A stretch of 64,000 bases of DNA, taken from contig OY787449.1 of NCBI GenBank assembly GCA_963678785.1, positions 2,783,835-2,847,834 on the forward strand, written 5' to 3'. Shown piece after piece: positions 10,044 to 18,814 of this stretch (position 1 is the stretch's first letter; every line of letters starts with the position of its first letter). This DNA comes from Bacteroidales bacterium (lineage in GTDB: Bacteria > Bacteroidota > Bacteroidia > Bacteroidales > GCA-2711565). The position numbers and the translations under genes are program-made. A model generated the notes under the pieces. It saw only the letters and a list, made by a program, of their open reading frames with translations, did no database searches and was not told the origin of the DNA.

Positions 10044-10460
10044 TTATTTTTGTGTCTCCTGTATTTGAATTTTTTGTATTAAAAATTTTGACCCCACCTT
10101 GCTTAATTGAATAAAGATGGTGTATCCCTGATTTCCGGATTTGTAATCCAGAATGGTATAATTATCTTGAGGTTGTTCTGTTTGTGTTTTTATTTCTTTA
10201 ACGTGAGTAGCATCATGTTTTTTGAAAAACTCATCCAATATTCTACGTGTTTGTGTTTTGCTGTATTTGCCGTATGTACTTTGTATGCTCAGGTTAATTG
10301 AATTGTCACACAATGAATATATCTGTTTGGAATCGGCTTTTTTAAATGCATCCAAAATCTGGGTAAATTCAGTTGTTTGCCCAAATGAACTGAAATTGCT
10401 TATAAATATGGTGAAACCAATAATTAAGATTGTTTTTATAAAGTTCATCTTAAAATACAT
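10044..10460 (-). CDS. secreted hypothetical protein (DUF4783-like, commonly next to nadC in Bacteroidota)
   Basis: 138 aa with an N-terminal signal-like hydrophobic segment. It abuts the nadC start by 1 nt. The family assignment is from memory. Confidence 0.6.
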   Translation of the reverse strand: MYFKMNFIKTILIIGFTIFISNFSSFGQTTEFTQILDAFKKADSKQIYSLCDNSINLSIQSTYGKYSKTQTRRILDEFFKKHDATHVKEIKTQTEQPQDNYTILDYKSGNQGYTIFIQLSKVGSKFLIQKIQIQETQK

Positions 10461-10598
10461 TTATTGTTGAAAGCATTGATTAAAAAATAATTAGCACAAT
10501 ATTTTGCACGATTTCAATAAAATGAATGTGTTAATCAAAACTGATAACAAAATTAACATTTTACTGAAATAATTATTATTTTGGTGGCTATGCTTTTG

Positions 10599-10606
10599 TA
10601 CTTTTG
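10599..10606 (+). promoter_or_regulatory. Bacteroidota-type -7 promoter box TACTTTTG upstream of the lipoprotein gene
   Basis: Matches TAnnTTTG. It lies 20 nt before the ATG at 10627. A TTTG at 10580..10583 gives a short 15-nt spacer. Confidence 0.4.
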
Positions 10607-10626
10607 TAAAATTCAACCCACAAACC

Positions 10627-11373
10627 ATGAAAAAAAATAAACTTACAGCCATTTTTTGCTTGATCATTTTCGGAGTATTTCTTGTTTCATGCGATCCTGC
10701 ACAAGAAGAGAATAAGAATGAAGCTGCGGCTGAAGAAGTTCTCGAAGAACAATCTGATACCTTTGATAAGTCGATGGAGGGTGTAAATGATGCCATGGAT
10801 AAGGCCAAAGTTTTAAATGAAAAAATACAAATCGTAGAAGCACAGTTTGAGAGTGGCCGAATTAATCGTGAAAAAGCAGATCAACTCATAAACGATTTAA
10901 ACAAAAGATACAGCCGTAAGATAGCGGGAGATGAAGAACAGACTACTGCAAATGTCTTCCCAATATGGTTAAAAGATTTAAATATAAATGAACCTGAAGG
11001 TTTAACTTTTAATGTTGGGGACTCATATTCAACAGATGAGAAGGATCTAAAAGATGGTTACAATTCGGTTTTATATGTTTATAATGGGAGTTATGAAAAA
11101 GCGATGTCAGAAGCGAAAAGAATTGCTGAAGCGGCAAATATTCCATTAAGTGAACCCTATCAAAAAGCTAAAGATTTGGCTGATCAATTGGGTAAAAAAA
11201 TTGAAGGCATTGATGGGATATCTTATCTTAATTATAAATTCGGTGACACTGATTTTAGAGGTAAATATAAAATTTCTATGAGTGTTGATAAGAGTGGCAA
11301 ATTTGCCATTCATGTGGTTGATGAGCAAATGAAAAAAGCACGAAAAAAATCGGGTAATATGCCCAAAATTTAG
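10627..11373 (+). CDS. hypothetical lipoprotein
   Basis: 248 aa with signal peptide plus lipobox (FLVSC). Acidic and coiled N-terminal region. No recognisable enzymatic motif. Confidence 0.7.
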   Translation: MKKNKLTAIFCLIIFGVFLVSCDPAQEENKNEAAAEEVLEEQSDTFDKSMEGVNDAMDKAKVLNEKIQIVEAQFESGRINREKADQLINDLNKRYSRKIAGDEEQTTANVFPIWLKDLNINEPEGLTFNVGDSYSTDEKDLKDGYNSVLYVYNGSYEKAMSEAKRIAEAANIPLSEPYQKAKDLADQLGKKIEGIDGISYLNYKFGDTDFRGKYKISMSVDKSGKFAIHVVDEQMKKARKKSGNMPKI

Positions 11374-11388
11374 TTTGAGAACAGGAAG

Positions 11389-12087
11389 ATGAACATTATA
11401 ATAACAGGTGCAAGTAAGGGAGTTGGTTTTCAAACAGCACTAAAGCTGAATGAAAAACAGGGAAATCAAATTGTTGCAATTTCACGAGATGCAGATCTAT
11501 TATCAAGGCTTAAGGAGTTGGGAAAACATTCCCGAAATATTCATATTTTGCCTTTTGATTTAAGTAGTTTTAGTAATTATAATTCGGTTCTTTTAAAAAA
11601 CATCAAGCTTTATTTTGAAGAGGTTGACGTATTAATTAATAATGCGGGATTATTGATTAATAAGCCTTTTGAAAATCAGAGTATTCAGGATTTTGATCAA
11701 CAAATTAACCTTAATTTAAAAGTACCTTATCTGTTGTCTCAAATGCTAATTCCGTATTTTAATAAAAATGCGCACATATTGAATATTAGCAGTATGGGGG
11801 GTGTTCAGGGCAGCGCAAAATTTGCGGGCTTATCAGTTTATAGTTCGAGTAAAGGGGCTCTTGCAGTTTTAACAGAGGCAATGGCCGAAGAGTTTAAAGA
11901 AAGAAATATTAAATCCAATTGTTTGGCATTGGGAGCCGTGCAAACAGAAATGTTAGAAAAGGCATTTCCTGGTTATGAAGCACCATTAAATGCGGTAGAA
12001 ATGGGTAAGTATGTTGCCGAATTTGCACTAAATGGTCATAAATTATATAACGGGAAAATTCTTCCAGTAGCTTTAACAACACCATAA
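11389..12087 (+). CDS. short-chain dehydrogenase/reductase (SDR) family oxidoreductase
   Basis: 232 aa with ITGASKGVG, NNAG and YSSSK (YxxxK) motifs. Confidence 0.85.
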   Translation: MNIIITGASKGVGFQTALKLNEKQGNQIVAISRDADLLSRLKELGKHSRNIHILPFDLSSFSNYNSVLLKNIKLYFEEVDVLINNAGLLINKPFENQSIQDFDQQINLNLKVPYLLSQMLIPYFNKNAHILNISSMGGVQGSAKFAGLSVYSSSKGALAVLTEAMAEEFKERNIKSNCLALGAVQTEMLEKAFPGYEAPLNAVEMGKYVAEFALNGHKLYNGKILPVALTTP

Positions 12088-12098
12088 AGAATAAAAAA

Positions 12099-12521
12099 AT
12101 GTCAGGAATAAAAGATCAAATACGACACCCGGGGAGGATTGAAAAAATAGAGGAGGGTAAAATTACCGTTACCATTTTGTCGCAATCGGCATGTTCAACC
12201 TGCCATTCAAAATCGATGTGTTCAGTTTCAGAGATGGAGGAGAAGGTTATAGATATTCGTAATCCCGAAAACATCCAATACGAAGTTGGCGAACAGGTTA
12301 CTGTTTATATGAAGAAATCTCTGGGAACCAAAGCTGTTTTTTATGGTTATTTGTTTCCTTTTTTAGTGGTTTTTGTTTCCCTGATTCTCATCATCTCTTT
12401 AACCCAAAACGAAGGCCTTGCTGCATTGGTTTCATTGGGTTTACTGGTGCCTTATTACTATCTTATGCATTTGTTAAAAGATAAATTCAGTAAAACTTTT
12501 GAGTTTAGCCTGAAGCCTTAA
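12099..12521 (+). CDS. rseC: RseC/MucC family (SoxR-reducing system) protein
   Basis: 140 aa with N-terminal Cys cluster CSTCHSKSMC and two C-terminal TM helices. It sits upstream of rnf, as is usual. Confidence 0.8.
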   Translation: MSGIKDQIRHPGRIEKIEEGKITVTILSQSACSTCHSKSMCSVSEMEEKVIDIRNPENIQYEVGEQVTVYMKKSLGTKAVFYGYLFPFLVVFVSLILIISLTQNEGLAALVSLGLLVPYYYLMHLLKDKFSKTFEFSLKP

Positions 12522-12625
12522 ATTTATTGGGATAATCTTTGTTTTGGGGTTATTTATCCTTGATATAATCTATATAATAAAAATTAACTTTATGGAATAT
12601 TCAGGTAATTAACTCCTTAAATACT

Positions 12626-12657
12626 TTCTAAATTACTGATTTCTTGATAATTTAGAA
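12626..12657. repeat. 10-bp perfect inverted repeat TTCTAAATTA-N12-TAATTTAGAA in the rseC-rnfB spacer
   Basis: Read directly from the sequence. A third TTCTAAA copy lies at 12661..12667. Confidence 0.6.
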
Positions 12658-12790
12658 GATTTCTAAACAAAATCGGAATCCCATCAATATCAGTGGTTTT
12701 CATAGGTTTAAAAACATCATGTTAAATGGGATGTAATGTAAATGTAAGATAGTCAAGGGAATAGAGGCTCTTTTGAATTAGGTTAAAACA

Positions 12791-12821
12791 TTTAGATGTT
12801 TCATTTTTGTTTCTAATTTTG
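12791..12821 (+). promoter_or_regulatory. candidate rnf promoter (-33-like TTTA, 19-nt spacer, -7 box TAATTTTG)
   Basis: TAATTTTG at 12814..12821 matches the Bacteroides/Flavobacterium TAnnTTTG consensus. TTTA at 12791..12794 sits at consensus spacing. Confidence 0.45.
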
Positions 12822-12839
12822 CATTGCGTTAAGATTCAA

Positions 12840-12853
12840 CCTGATTAATCAGG
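12840..12853. promoter_or_regulatory. perfect 14-bp palindrome CCTGATTAATCAGG in the predicted rnfB 5' leader
   Basis: Read directly. It lies between the -7 box and the SD (AAGGAG at 12868..12873) and GTG start. It could be an operator or an RNA hairpin. Confidence 0.4.
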
Positions 12854-12878
12854 ATCATTTAACTAAAAAGGAGCAAAC

Positions 12879-13778
12879 GTGAACGATATTATCATTTATG
12901 CAGTTATTTTCTTAAGCATCGTAGGTGCTGCTGCAGCCATAATCTTATACTTTGTCGCGCAGAAATTTAAGGTCATCGAAGACCCTAAAATTGATATTGT
13001 TGAAGAGGCCTTACCTGCCGCAAACTGCGGTGGATGTGGGTATCCCGGATGTCGAGGATTTTCTGAGGCACTTGTAAAATCTGCCAATGAAAAGGAATCC
13101 ATCGAAGGCTTAAATTGCCCGGTTGGAGGAAACGATGTCATGGCGGCTGTTGCTGAAATCTTAGGATTGGCAGCCGAGGAAAAAGACCCACAAATAGCAG
13201 TAATCAGGTGTTCTGGCTCTAAAGCCAATGCCCCTAAAAAAATTGACTACGATGGCCCTGCCACTTGTGCCTTTGCACATAATTTGTCATCCGGTGAAAG
13301 TGGATGCCCTTATGGCTGTTTAGGTTGTGGTGATTGTGTGGCCGCCTGTACTTTTGATGCCATTTATATGGATGAAGAAACTGGTTTGCCGGTTGTTAAA
13401 GACAATTGTGTGGCTTGTGGGGCATGTGTCGAAGCTTGTCCACGCGACATTATTGAACTCAGGAATAAAGGTAAAAAGGATCGCAGAATATTTGTTTCCT
13501 GTATCAACGAAGAAAAGGGTGGCGTTGCCAAGAAAAATTGTAGCGTCGCTTGTATTGGTTGTGGGAAATGTGTTAAAGTTTGTCCTTTCGATGCCATTAC
13601 CTTGAATAACAATTTGGCATACATCGATTACGAAAAATGTAAATTGTGCCGCAAGTGTGTGCTGGAATGCCCAACGGGTGCCATTCACGAGCTCAACTTT
13701 CCACCTCGTAAAGAGAAGAAAGGTGATGCAACTGCGCCAAAAGCATGTAGCGTTAAACCAAAGGAAACAAAAGAATAA
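12879..13778 (+). CDS. rnfB: Rnf electron transport complex subunit B
   Basis: 299 aa, GTG start preceded by AAGGAG. It has an N-terminal TM helix, CGGCGYPGCRGF, and several CxxCxxCxxxCP ferredoxin motifs. Confidence 0.95.
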   Translation: MNDIIIYAVIFLSIVGAAAAIILYFVAQKFKVIEDPKIDIVEEALPAANCGGCGYPGCRGFSEALVKSANEKESIEGLNCPVGGNDVMAAVAEILGLAAEEKDPQIAVIRCSGSKANAPKKIDYDGPATCAFAHNLSSGESGCPYGCLGCGDCVAACTFDAIYMDEETGLPVVKDNCVACGACVEACPRDIIELRNKGKKDRRIFVSCINEEKGGVAKKNCSVACIGCGKCVKVCPFDAITLNNNLAYIDYEKCKLCRKCVLECPTGAIHELNFPPRKEKKGDATAPKACSVKPKETKE

Positions 13779-13819
13779 TAGCTTTCTCTTAATCTGAATA
13801 ATACTGGAGGATAAAGATT

Positions 13820-15151
13820 TTGAAAACATTTAAAATAGGTGGCGTTCATCCGCCCGAAAATAAATTATCAACAGATCGGCCCATCGAAGTTCTCGAATTG
13901 CCGAAACAGGTAATTATTCCATTGTCGCAAAGCCTTGGAGCACCTTCAACAGCCATTGTCAAAAAAGGCGATATTGTTAAGGTAGGACAATTAATCGCTA
14001 AAGGCGAATCATTCATTTCATCAAATATCCACTCTTCTGTTTCAGGAAAGGTGTTAAAAGTTGATGCTTCGCTGGATCAAAGCGGATATCGAAAACTAGC
14101 AATATTCATCAATGTTGATGGGGATGAGTGGGAAGAAAGCATCGATCAGTCAAAAGAGCTGAAAAAGGAAATTTCTTTATCAAAAGATGAAATCATTAAA
14201 AAAATTCATGAATTAGGAATTGTTGGCCTTGGTGGTGCAACCTTTCCATCTCATGTTAAATTAATGGTTCCGCAGGGTAAGAAAGCCGAAGTCTTAATCA
14301 TTAACGGTGTTGAATGTGAGCCTTACCTTACAGCTGATCATCGCTTAATGCTTGAAAAAGGCCATGAAATGATGATTGGAATACAAATTATCATGAAAGG
14401 TTTGGATGTTAAGCGGGCCATTGTCGGAATCGAAAACAATAAACCTGATGCCATCGAGTATTTAAAAAGCATCGCAGGTGAGTATCCCGGCATTGAGATT
14501 GAAGGACTTAAAGTTCAATATCCGCAAGGTGGCGAAAAGCAATTGATTGATGCCGTTTATAACCGACAAGTACCTTCCGGGAAATTACCCATTGAAGTTG
14601 GTGCTGTGGTAAATAATGTTGGAACTGCTTTCGCCGTTTACGAAGCGGTTCAAGAAAACAAACCTCTCATCGAAAGAGTAGTTACCATTACCGGTAAAGG
14701 AGTTAAAAATCCGGGGAATTACATGGTTAGGGTTGGAACCTCCATCAATGAATTGGTTGAGAAATCTGGCGGATTACCAGAAAATACGGGTAAAGTAGTA
14801 AGTGGCGGACCCATGATGGGAAAAGCCTTAAACTCCCTCGATGTTCCTGTGGTAAAAGGCACCTCTGGCGTATTATTATTTGAAGAAAAAGAAGCAAAAC
14901 GTGTAGAGCCTACCAATTGTATTCGTTGCGGAAAATGTATAACGGTTTGCCCCATGGGATTAGAACCTATACTGATTGCTCAGTATGCCGAGATGGAAAT
15001 GTGGGAAAACGTTGAAACTGAGCGAGCCATGGATTGCATCGAATGTGGATCATGTCAATATACCTGCCCGGCTGCACGCCCATTGCTTGATTATATCAGA
15101 TTGGGAAAATTCAAAGTAGGTCAAATCATTAGAAACAGAAGTAAAAAATAA
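13820..15151 (+). CDS. rnfC: Rnf electron transport complex subunit C
   Basis: 443 aa, TTG start preceded by GGAGG (13806..13810). Motifs: GGVHPP, GLGGATFPSHVKL, CIRCGKCITVCP and CIECGSCQYTCP. Confidence 0.95.
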   Translation: MKTFKIGGVHPPENKLSTDRPIEVLELPKQVIIPLSQSLGAPSTAIVKKGDIVKVGQLIAKGESFISSNIHSSVSGKVLKVDASLDQSGYRKLAIFINVDGDEWEESIDQSKELKKEISLSKDEIIKKIHELGIVGLGGATFPSHVKLMVPQGKKAEVLIINGVECEPYLTADHRLMLEKGHEMMIGIQIIMKGLDVKRAIVGIENNKPDAIEYLKSIAGEYPGIEIEGLKVQYPQGGEKQLIDAVYNRQVPSGKLPIEVGAVVNNVGTAFAVYEAVQENKPLIERVVTITGKGVKNPGNYMVRVGTSINELVEKSGGLPENTGKVVSGGPMMGKALNSLDVPVVKGTSGVLLFEEKEAKRVEPTNCIRCGKCITVCPMGLEPILIAQYAEMEMWENVETERAMDCIECGSCQYTCPAARPLLDYIRLGKFKVGQIIRNRSKK

Positions 15152-15154
15152 GAT

Positions 15155-16195
15155 ATGAATTTACTGACCTTATCAGGATCTCCGCATGTTCATGGAGATA
15201 ATTCAACAAAAAAAATTATGTATGGCGTAATTTTCGCCATGATACCTGCATTGCTTGTGTCCATTTATTTCTTTGGCCTCGATGCAATAAGGGTTACCTT
15301 AATATCTGTAATTGCCTGTTTGTTTTTCGAATGGGTCATTCAAAAATATTTAATCAAAGGGCCGGTCACCATTACGGATGGCTCTGCTGCTGTATCAGGT
15401 ATTTTGCTGGCATTTAATGTGCCAACCAATCTGCCTGTTGGAATTATTATAATTGGTGCGTTTGTAACCATTGGAATTGCAAAAATGTCTTTCGGTGGAT
15501 TGGGTAAAAATCCTTTTAATCCAGCCTTGGTTGGTCGGGTATTTTTATTGATGTCTTTTCCGGTTCAAATGACTTCATGGCCAAAACCTACCGTTTTGTT
15601 CAGCGGTATTGCAGATGCAGTTACCGGTCCAACACCTCTCGGACACTTGAAAGAAGAATTGAAAACCGGACGTACGGTACAGGATATCATGGAAAATGGT
15701 ACCAACTGGGTGATGGATGGTGTTGAGTATTCATACCAAATTCCATCTTATGTTGACCAACTCATGGGAAATATGGGCGGATCATTGGGTGAGATTTCAG
15801 CCATTGCCTTAATCCTGGGTGGTATTTATATGTTATTTAAAAAAATTATTACCTGGCATGTACCAGTAACTTATATCGGATCAGTTGCGTTATTTACCGG
15901 AATATTATGGATGATCAATCCTGATATTTATGTAGATCCTGGATTCCATTTGATGACTGGAGGATTGATGTTGGGAGCATTCTTCATGGCGACAGATATG
16001 GTTTCGTCTCCAATGTCGGGCAAGGGCCAGTTGATATTTGGTTTGGGTTGCGGAGTCTTAACGGTTATTATCCGGATTTGGGGAGCATATCCTGAAGGGG
16101 TATCCTTCGCAATCCTAATTATGAATGCATTTGTTCCACTCATTAATAGTGGAGTTAAACCTAAACGATTTGGGGAGGTAGTTAAAAATGGCTAA
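15155..16195 (+). CDS. rnfD: Rnf electron transport complex subunit D
   Basis: 346 aa, polytopic. It has SGSPHVH and the FMATDMVSSP flavin-attachment region. Confidence 0.95.
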   Translation: MNLLTLSGSPHVHGDNSTKKIMYGVIFAMIPALLVSIYFFGLDAIRVTLISVIACLFFEWVIQKYLIKGPVTITDGSAAVSGILLAFNVPTNLPVGIIIIGAFVTIGIAKMSFGGLGKNPFNPALVGRVFLLMSFPVQMTSWPKPTVLFSGIADAVTGPTPLGHLKEELKTGRTVQDIMENGTNWVMDGVEYSYQIPSYVDQLMGNMGGSLGEISAIALILGGIYMLFKKIITWHVPVTYIGSVALFTGILWMINPDIYVDPGFHLMTGGLMLGAFFMATDMVSSPMSGKGQLIFGLGCGVLTVIIRIWGAYPEGVSFAILIMNAFVPLINSGVKPKRFGEVVKNG

Positions 16196-16763
16196 AAAAG
16201 AATCTTCATTTAAAAATATGGTAATTACTCTATTTGTAGTTACCCTGATAGCCGGACTGGCTTTGGGTGGTGTTTATAATGTGACCAAAGAGCCCATCGC
16301 ATTGGCAAAAAAAGCAAAGGCAGAGGCAGCTGTTAAAGCCGTAATTCCTGAGTTTGACGAATTAAAAACCTATAAAGTTTTAGCTGCCGACGGGACTGAT
16401 TCATTGATTTTTAATGAAGGCTATAAAGCAGGAGAATTGGTTGGAACTGCCATAGAAACTTTTTCAAATAATGGATATGATCCAACTCAAATCAGAGTGG
16501 TTGTTGGTTTCTCATCCGATGGTAAAATTTTGAATACTTCGGTTGTTCAGCATAAAGAAACACCTGGCTTGGGAACGAAAATGAAAGATGAGAAGTTCAA
16601 AACTCAATTTCAAAATCAAGACCCGGTAGCTTTTAAATTAAAAGTGAAAAAGGACGGTGGAAGTGTTGATGCCATCACTGCAGCAACGATTAGTTCAAGA
16701 GCCTTTTGCGATGCGCTCAGTCGAGCCAATGCCACACTTAAAAAAGAAGGAGGAAACAACTAA
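16188..16763 (+). CDS. rnfG: Rnf electron transport complex subunit G
   Basis: 191 aa with an N-terminal anchor and the FMN-binding motif [12 protein letters not shown]. It overlaps rnfD by 8 nt. Confidence 0.95.
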   Translation: MAKKESSFKNMVITLFVVTLIAGLALGGVYNVTKEPIALAKKAKAEAAVKAVIPEFDELKTYKVLAADGTDSLIFNEGYKAGELVGTAIETFSNNGYDPTQIRVVVGFSSDGKILNTSVVQHKETPGLGTKMKDEKFKTQFQNQDPVAFKLKVKKDGGSVDAITAATISSRAFCDALSRANATLKKEGGNN

Positions 16764-17350
16764 TGAATCAATGGAAAAATTTCACCAAAGGATTTATCAA
16801 AGAAAATCCGGTATTTGTACTTTTATTGGGCTTGTGTCCTACTTTAGGTGTTACATCCTCAGCAGCCAATGGCCTTGGAATGGGTTTGGCAACTACCTTT
16901 GTGTTGGTTTGCTCCAACTTAGTGGTAGCCCTTGTCAATAAACAAATTCCTGATAAGGTTCGAATCCCTTCTTTTATCGTAATTATTGCTTCATTTGTAA
17001 CCATCGTTGAATTAGCGATGCAGGCATACGTACCTTCTTTATTCGAAGCTTTGGGATTATTTATTCCTTTGATTGTTGTGAACTGTATTGTGTTGGGAAG
17101 AGCCGAAGGATTTGCTTCCAAACAAAGTGTAGTTTCATCAATTATTGATGGTTTGGGAATGGGACTTGGATTTACCTTTGCATTAACACTTTTAGGCGGA
17201 GTTCGTGAGATGCTTGGAAATGGTTCTATTTTTGGATTTAAATTTATTGAAGGAGACGGAATCTTAATTTTTATCCTGTCTCCGGGTGCGTTTATTGTAC
17301 TTGGTTACCTCATTGCCTTAATTAATCGAATGACTAAAAAAACTGCTTAA
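16763..17350 (+). CDS. rnfE: Rnf electron transport complex subunit E
   Basis: 195 aa with [22 protein letters not shown] stop/start overlap with rnfG. Confidence 0.95.
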   Translation: MNQWKNFTKGFIKENPVFVLLLGLCPTLGVTSSAANGLGMGLATTFVLVCSNLVVALVNKQIPDKVRIPSFIVIIASFVTIVELAMQAYVPSLFEALGLFIPLIVVNCIVLGRAEGFASKQSVVSSIIDGLGMGLGFTFALTLLGGVREMLGNGSIFGFKFIEGDGILIFILSPGAFIVLGYLIALINRMTKKTA

Positions 17351-17360
17351 TTAAATAGAT

Positions 17361-17933
17361 ATGGAATATTTTATCATCGTCATAAGTGCAATTTTTGTTA
17401 GCAATATTGTACTAAACCAATTTCTTGGTATTTGCCCTTTCATGGGCGTTTCGGGTAAGGTTAGCACTTCTGTTGGTATGAGTGGAGCCGTATTGTTTGT
17501 AATGACCATCGCAACCATTGTAACCTGGTTAATTCAAACTTATATTTTAATTCCGTTCAACATCACTTTCCTACAAACGATATTTTTTATCCTCGTCATT
17601 GCGTCGTTGGTGCAAATGGTCGAATTGATTTTAAAGAAAATCAGTCCTCCTTTGTATCAGGCTTTGGGAATTTTTCTTCCTTTAATTACCACCAACTGTG
17701 CGGTATTAGGTGTGGCTATTCAAACACAATCTAAAGGGTTTAACCTGATGGAAGGCGTAGTATTTGCCATCGCCAATGCCATTGGTTTCGGCCTGGCAAT
17801 GGTTATTTTTGCCGGTATGCGTGAGCATCTCGACTTAATGAAAGTTCCTGCCGGGATGAAAGGCGTACCAATTGCTTTGGTAACCGCTGGTATTTTAGCC
17901 ATGGCCTTTATGGGATTTGGTGGTTTAGTGTAA
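17361..17933 (+). CDS. rnfA: Rnf electron transport complex subunit A
   Basis: 190 aa with NIVLNQFLGICPFMGVS and ITTNCAVLGVA motifs. Confidence 0.95.
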   Translation: MEYFIIVISAIFVSNIVLNQFLGICPFMGVSGKVSTSVGMSGAVLFVMTIATIVTWLIQTYILIPFNITFLQTIFFILVIASLVQMVELILKKISPPLYQALGIFLPLITTNCAVLGVAIQTQSKGFNLMEGVVFAIANAIGFGLAMVIFAGMREHLDLMKVPAGMKGVPIALVTAGILAMAFMGFGGLV

Positions 17934-17954
17934 ATAAAGCCAAAAGATATTTAA

Positions 17955-17985
17955 AAAGCTCTGTTGGAAAGCGGAGCTTTTTTTA
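17955..17985 (+). terminator. rho-independent terminator after rnfA
   Basis: AAAGCTC (17955..17961) pairs with GAGCTTT (17974..17980) and is followed by a T-run. Confidence 0.7.
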
Positions 17986-17990
17986 TTTCT

Positions 17991-18029
17991 AATTGTCAAA
18001 TGCTGATTGCCAATTGTAGATTGTCGATT
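17991..18029. repeat. three tandem copies (14-nt period) of a quasi-palindromic ATTG-N-CAAT-like unit
   Basis: AATTGTCAAAT (17991), GATTGCCAATT (18005) and GATTGTCGATT (18019). Read directly. Confidence 0.5.
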
Positions 18030-18057
18030 TCAAATTAAAAGATCGTCATGATGAATT

Positions 18058-18100
18058 CCCGCCTGAACGAACGGGCAGGTATTTCTGTATCTTTTTTTTT
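18058..18100 (+). other. GC-rich hairpin CCCGCCTG-AACGAA-CGGGCAGG followed 12 nt later by a T9 run
   Basis: 8-position stem with one mismatch and one G-U pair. It stands out in an AT-rich spacer upstream of ftsE. Function unknown. Confidence 0.4.
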
Positions 18101-18139
18101 ATTAAGTTTGATAATTAATTATTCAATAATCAATTTCCT

Positions 18140-18814
18140 ATGTCTGCAGAAGCTGTTATTTCACTCAAAAATATTCCCGTTTATCAAAAGAGCCTGCTGG
18201 TTTTAAACAGTGTAAGTTTTGATATAATGCCAGGAGAATTGGTTTATCTGATTGGTAAGACCGGAAGTGGAAAAAGTAGTTTGTTGCAAATGATCTATGC
18301 CGATTTGCCTGTTTTAGACGGTACGGCCATGGTTGCCGGTTATGATTTAAAGCAAATCAAAAAGAAAGAAATACCTTATCTAAGAAGAAAATTGGGGATT
18401 ATTTTTCAGGATTTTCAGCTTTTAATGGATCGTACGGTAAACGAGAATCTGATATTTTTGATGAAGGCCAGTGGATGGAAAGATAAGAAAGAAATGCTGA
18501 ATCAATTGCAGGATGTTTTGGTAAAAGTCGGACTTTCAACCAAAGGCTATAAAATGCCGAATCAGTTGTCGGGAGGGGAGAAGCAGCGGGTTGCCATTGC
18601 CCGGGCTTTGATTAACAATCCTGAAATTATATTGGCCGATGAGCCTACCGGAAACCTTGACCCCGAAACTTCATTCGGAATTTTAAGACTGTTGAAAGAG
18701 ATTAGTGAAAGTGGTAAAACTGTGCTTATGGCCACCCACGATTATTCCCTGATTGAGAAATACCCGGCTCGTGTTTTGAAATGTGATGATGGCAAGCTGT
18801 ATTCCTCAGAATAA
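18140..18814 (+). CDS. ftsE: cell division ATP-binding protein FtsE (ABC ATPase)
   Basis: 224 aa with Walker A GKTGSGKSS, signature LSGGEKQRVAIARAL and Walker B ILADEPTGNLD. No ftsX is adjacent. Confidence 0.85.
   Translation: MSAEAVISLKNIPVYQKSLLVLNSVSFDIMPGELVYLIGKTGSGKSSLLQMIYADLPVLDGTAMVAGYDLKQIKKKEIPYLRRKLGIIFQDFQLLMDRTVNENLIFLMKASGWKDKKEMLNQLQDVLVKVGLSTKGYKMPNQLSGGEKQRVAIARALINNPEIILADEPTGNLDPETSFGILRLLKEISESGKTVLMATHDYSLIEKYPARVLKCDDGKLYSSE

Noticed and set aside
10491-10808. 105-aa minus-strand ORF spanning the divergent promoter region and the start of the lipoprotein gene
   Set aside because: It overlaps the signal-peptide-encoding 5' end of a better-supported plus-strand gene and an AT-rich promoter region. 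Its composition looks like a translated spacer.
12896-13829. Long antisense and alternate-frame ORFs (110, 169, 92 and 86 aa) overlapping rnfB
   Set aside because: They are shadow ORFs inside a confidently identified, motif-rich rnfB. Their products are low-complexity, and no start context or independent signal supports them. The same applies to the other 60-145-aa ORFs nested in cysN, cysD, nadC, the AGCS transporter, E1, S41 and so on.
18806-18814. 9-nt overlap of the convergent 3' ends of ftsE and a glycosyltransferase gene, considered as antisense regulation
   Set aside because: Short convergent overlaps are common in compact genomes, and no associated structure or signal was seen.
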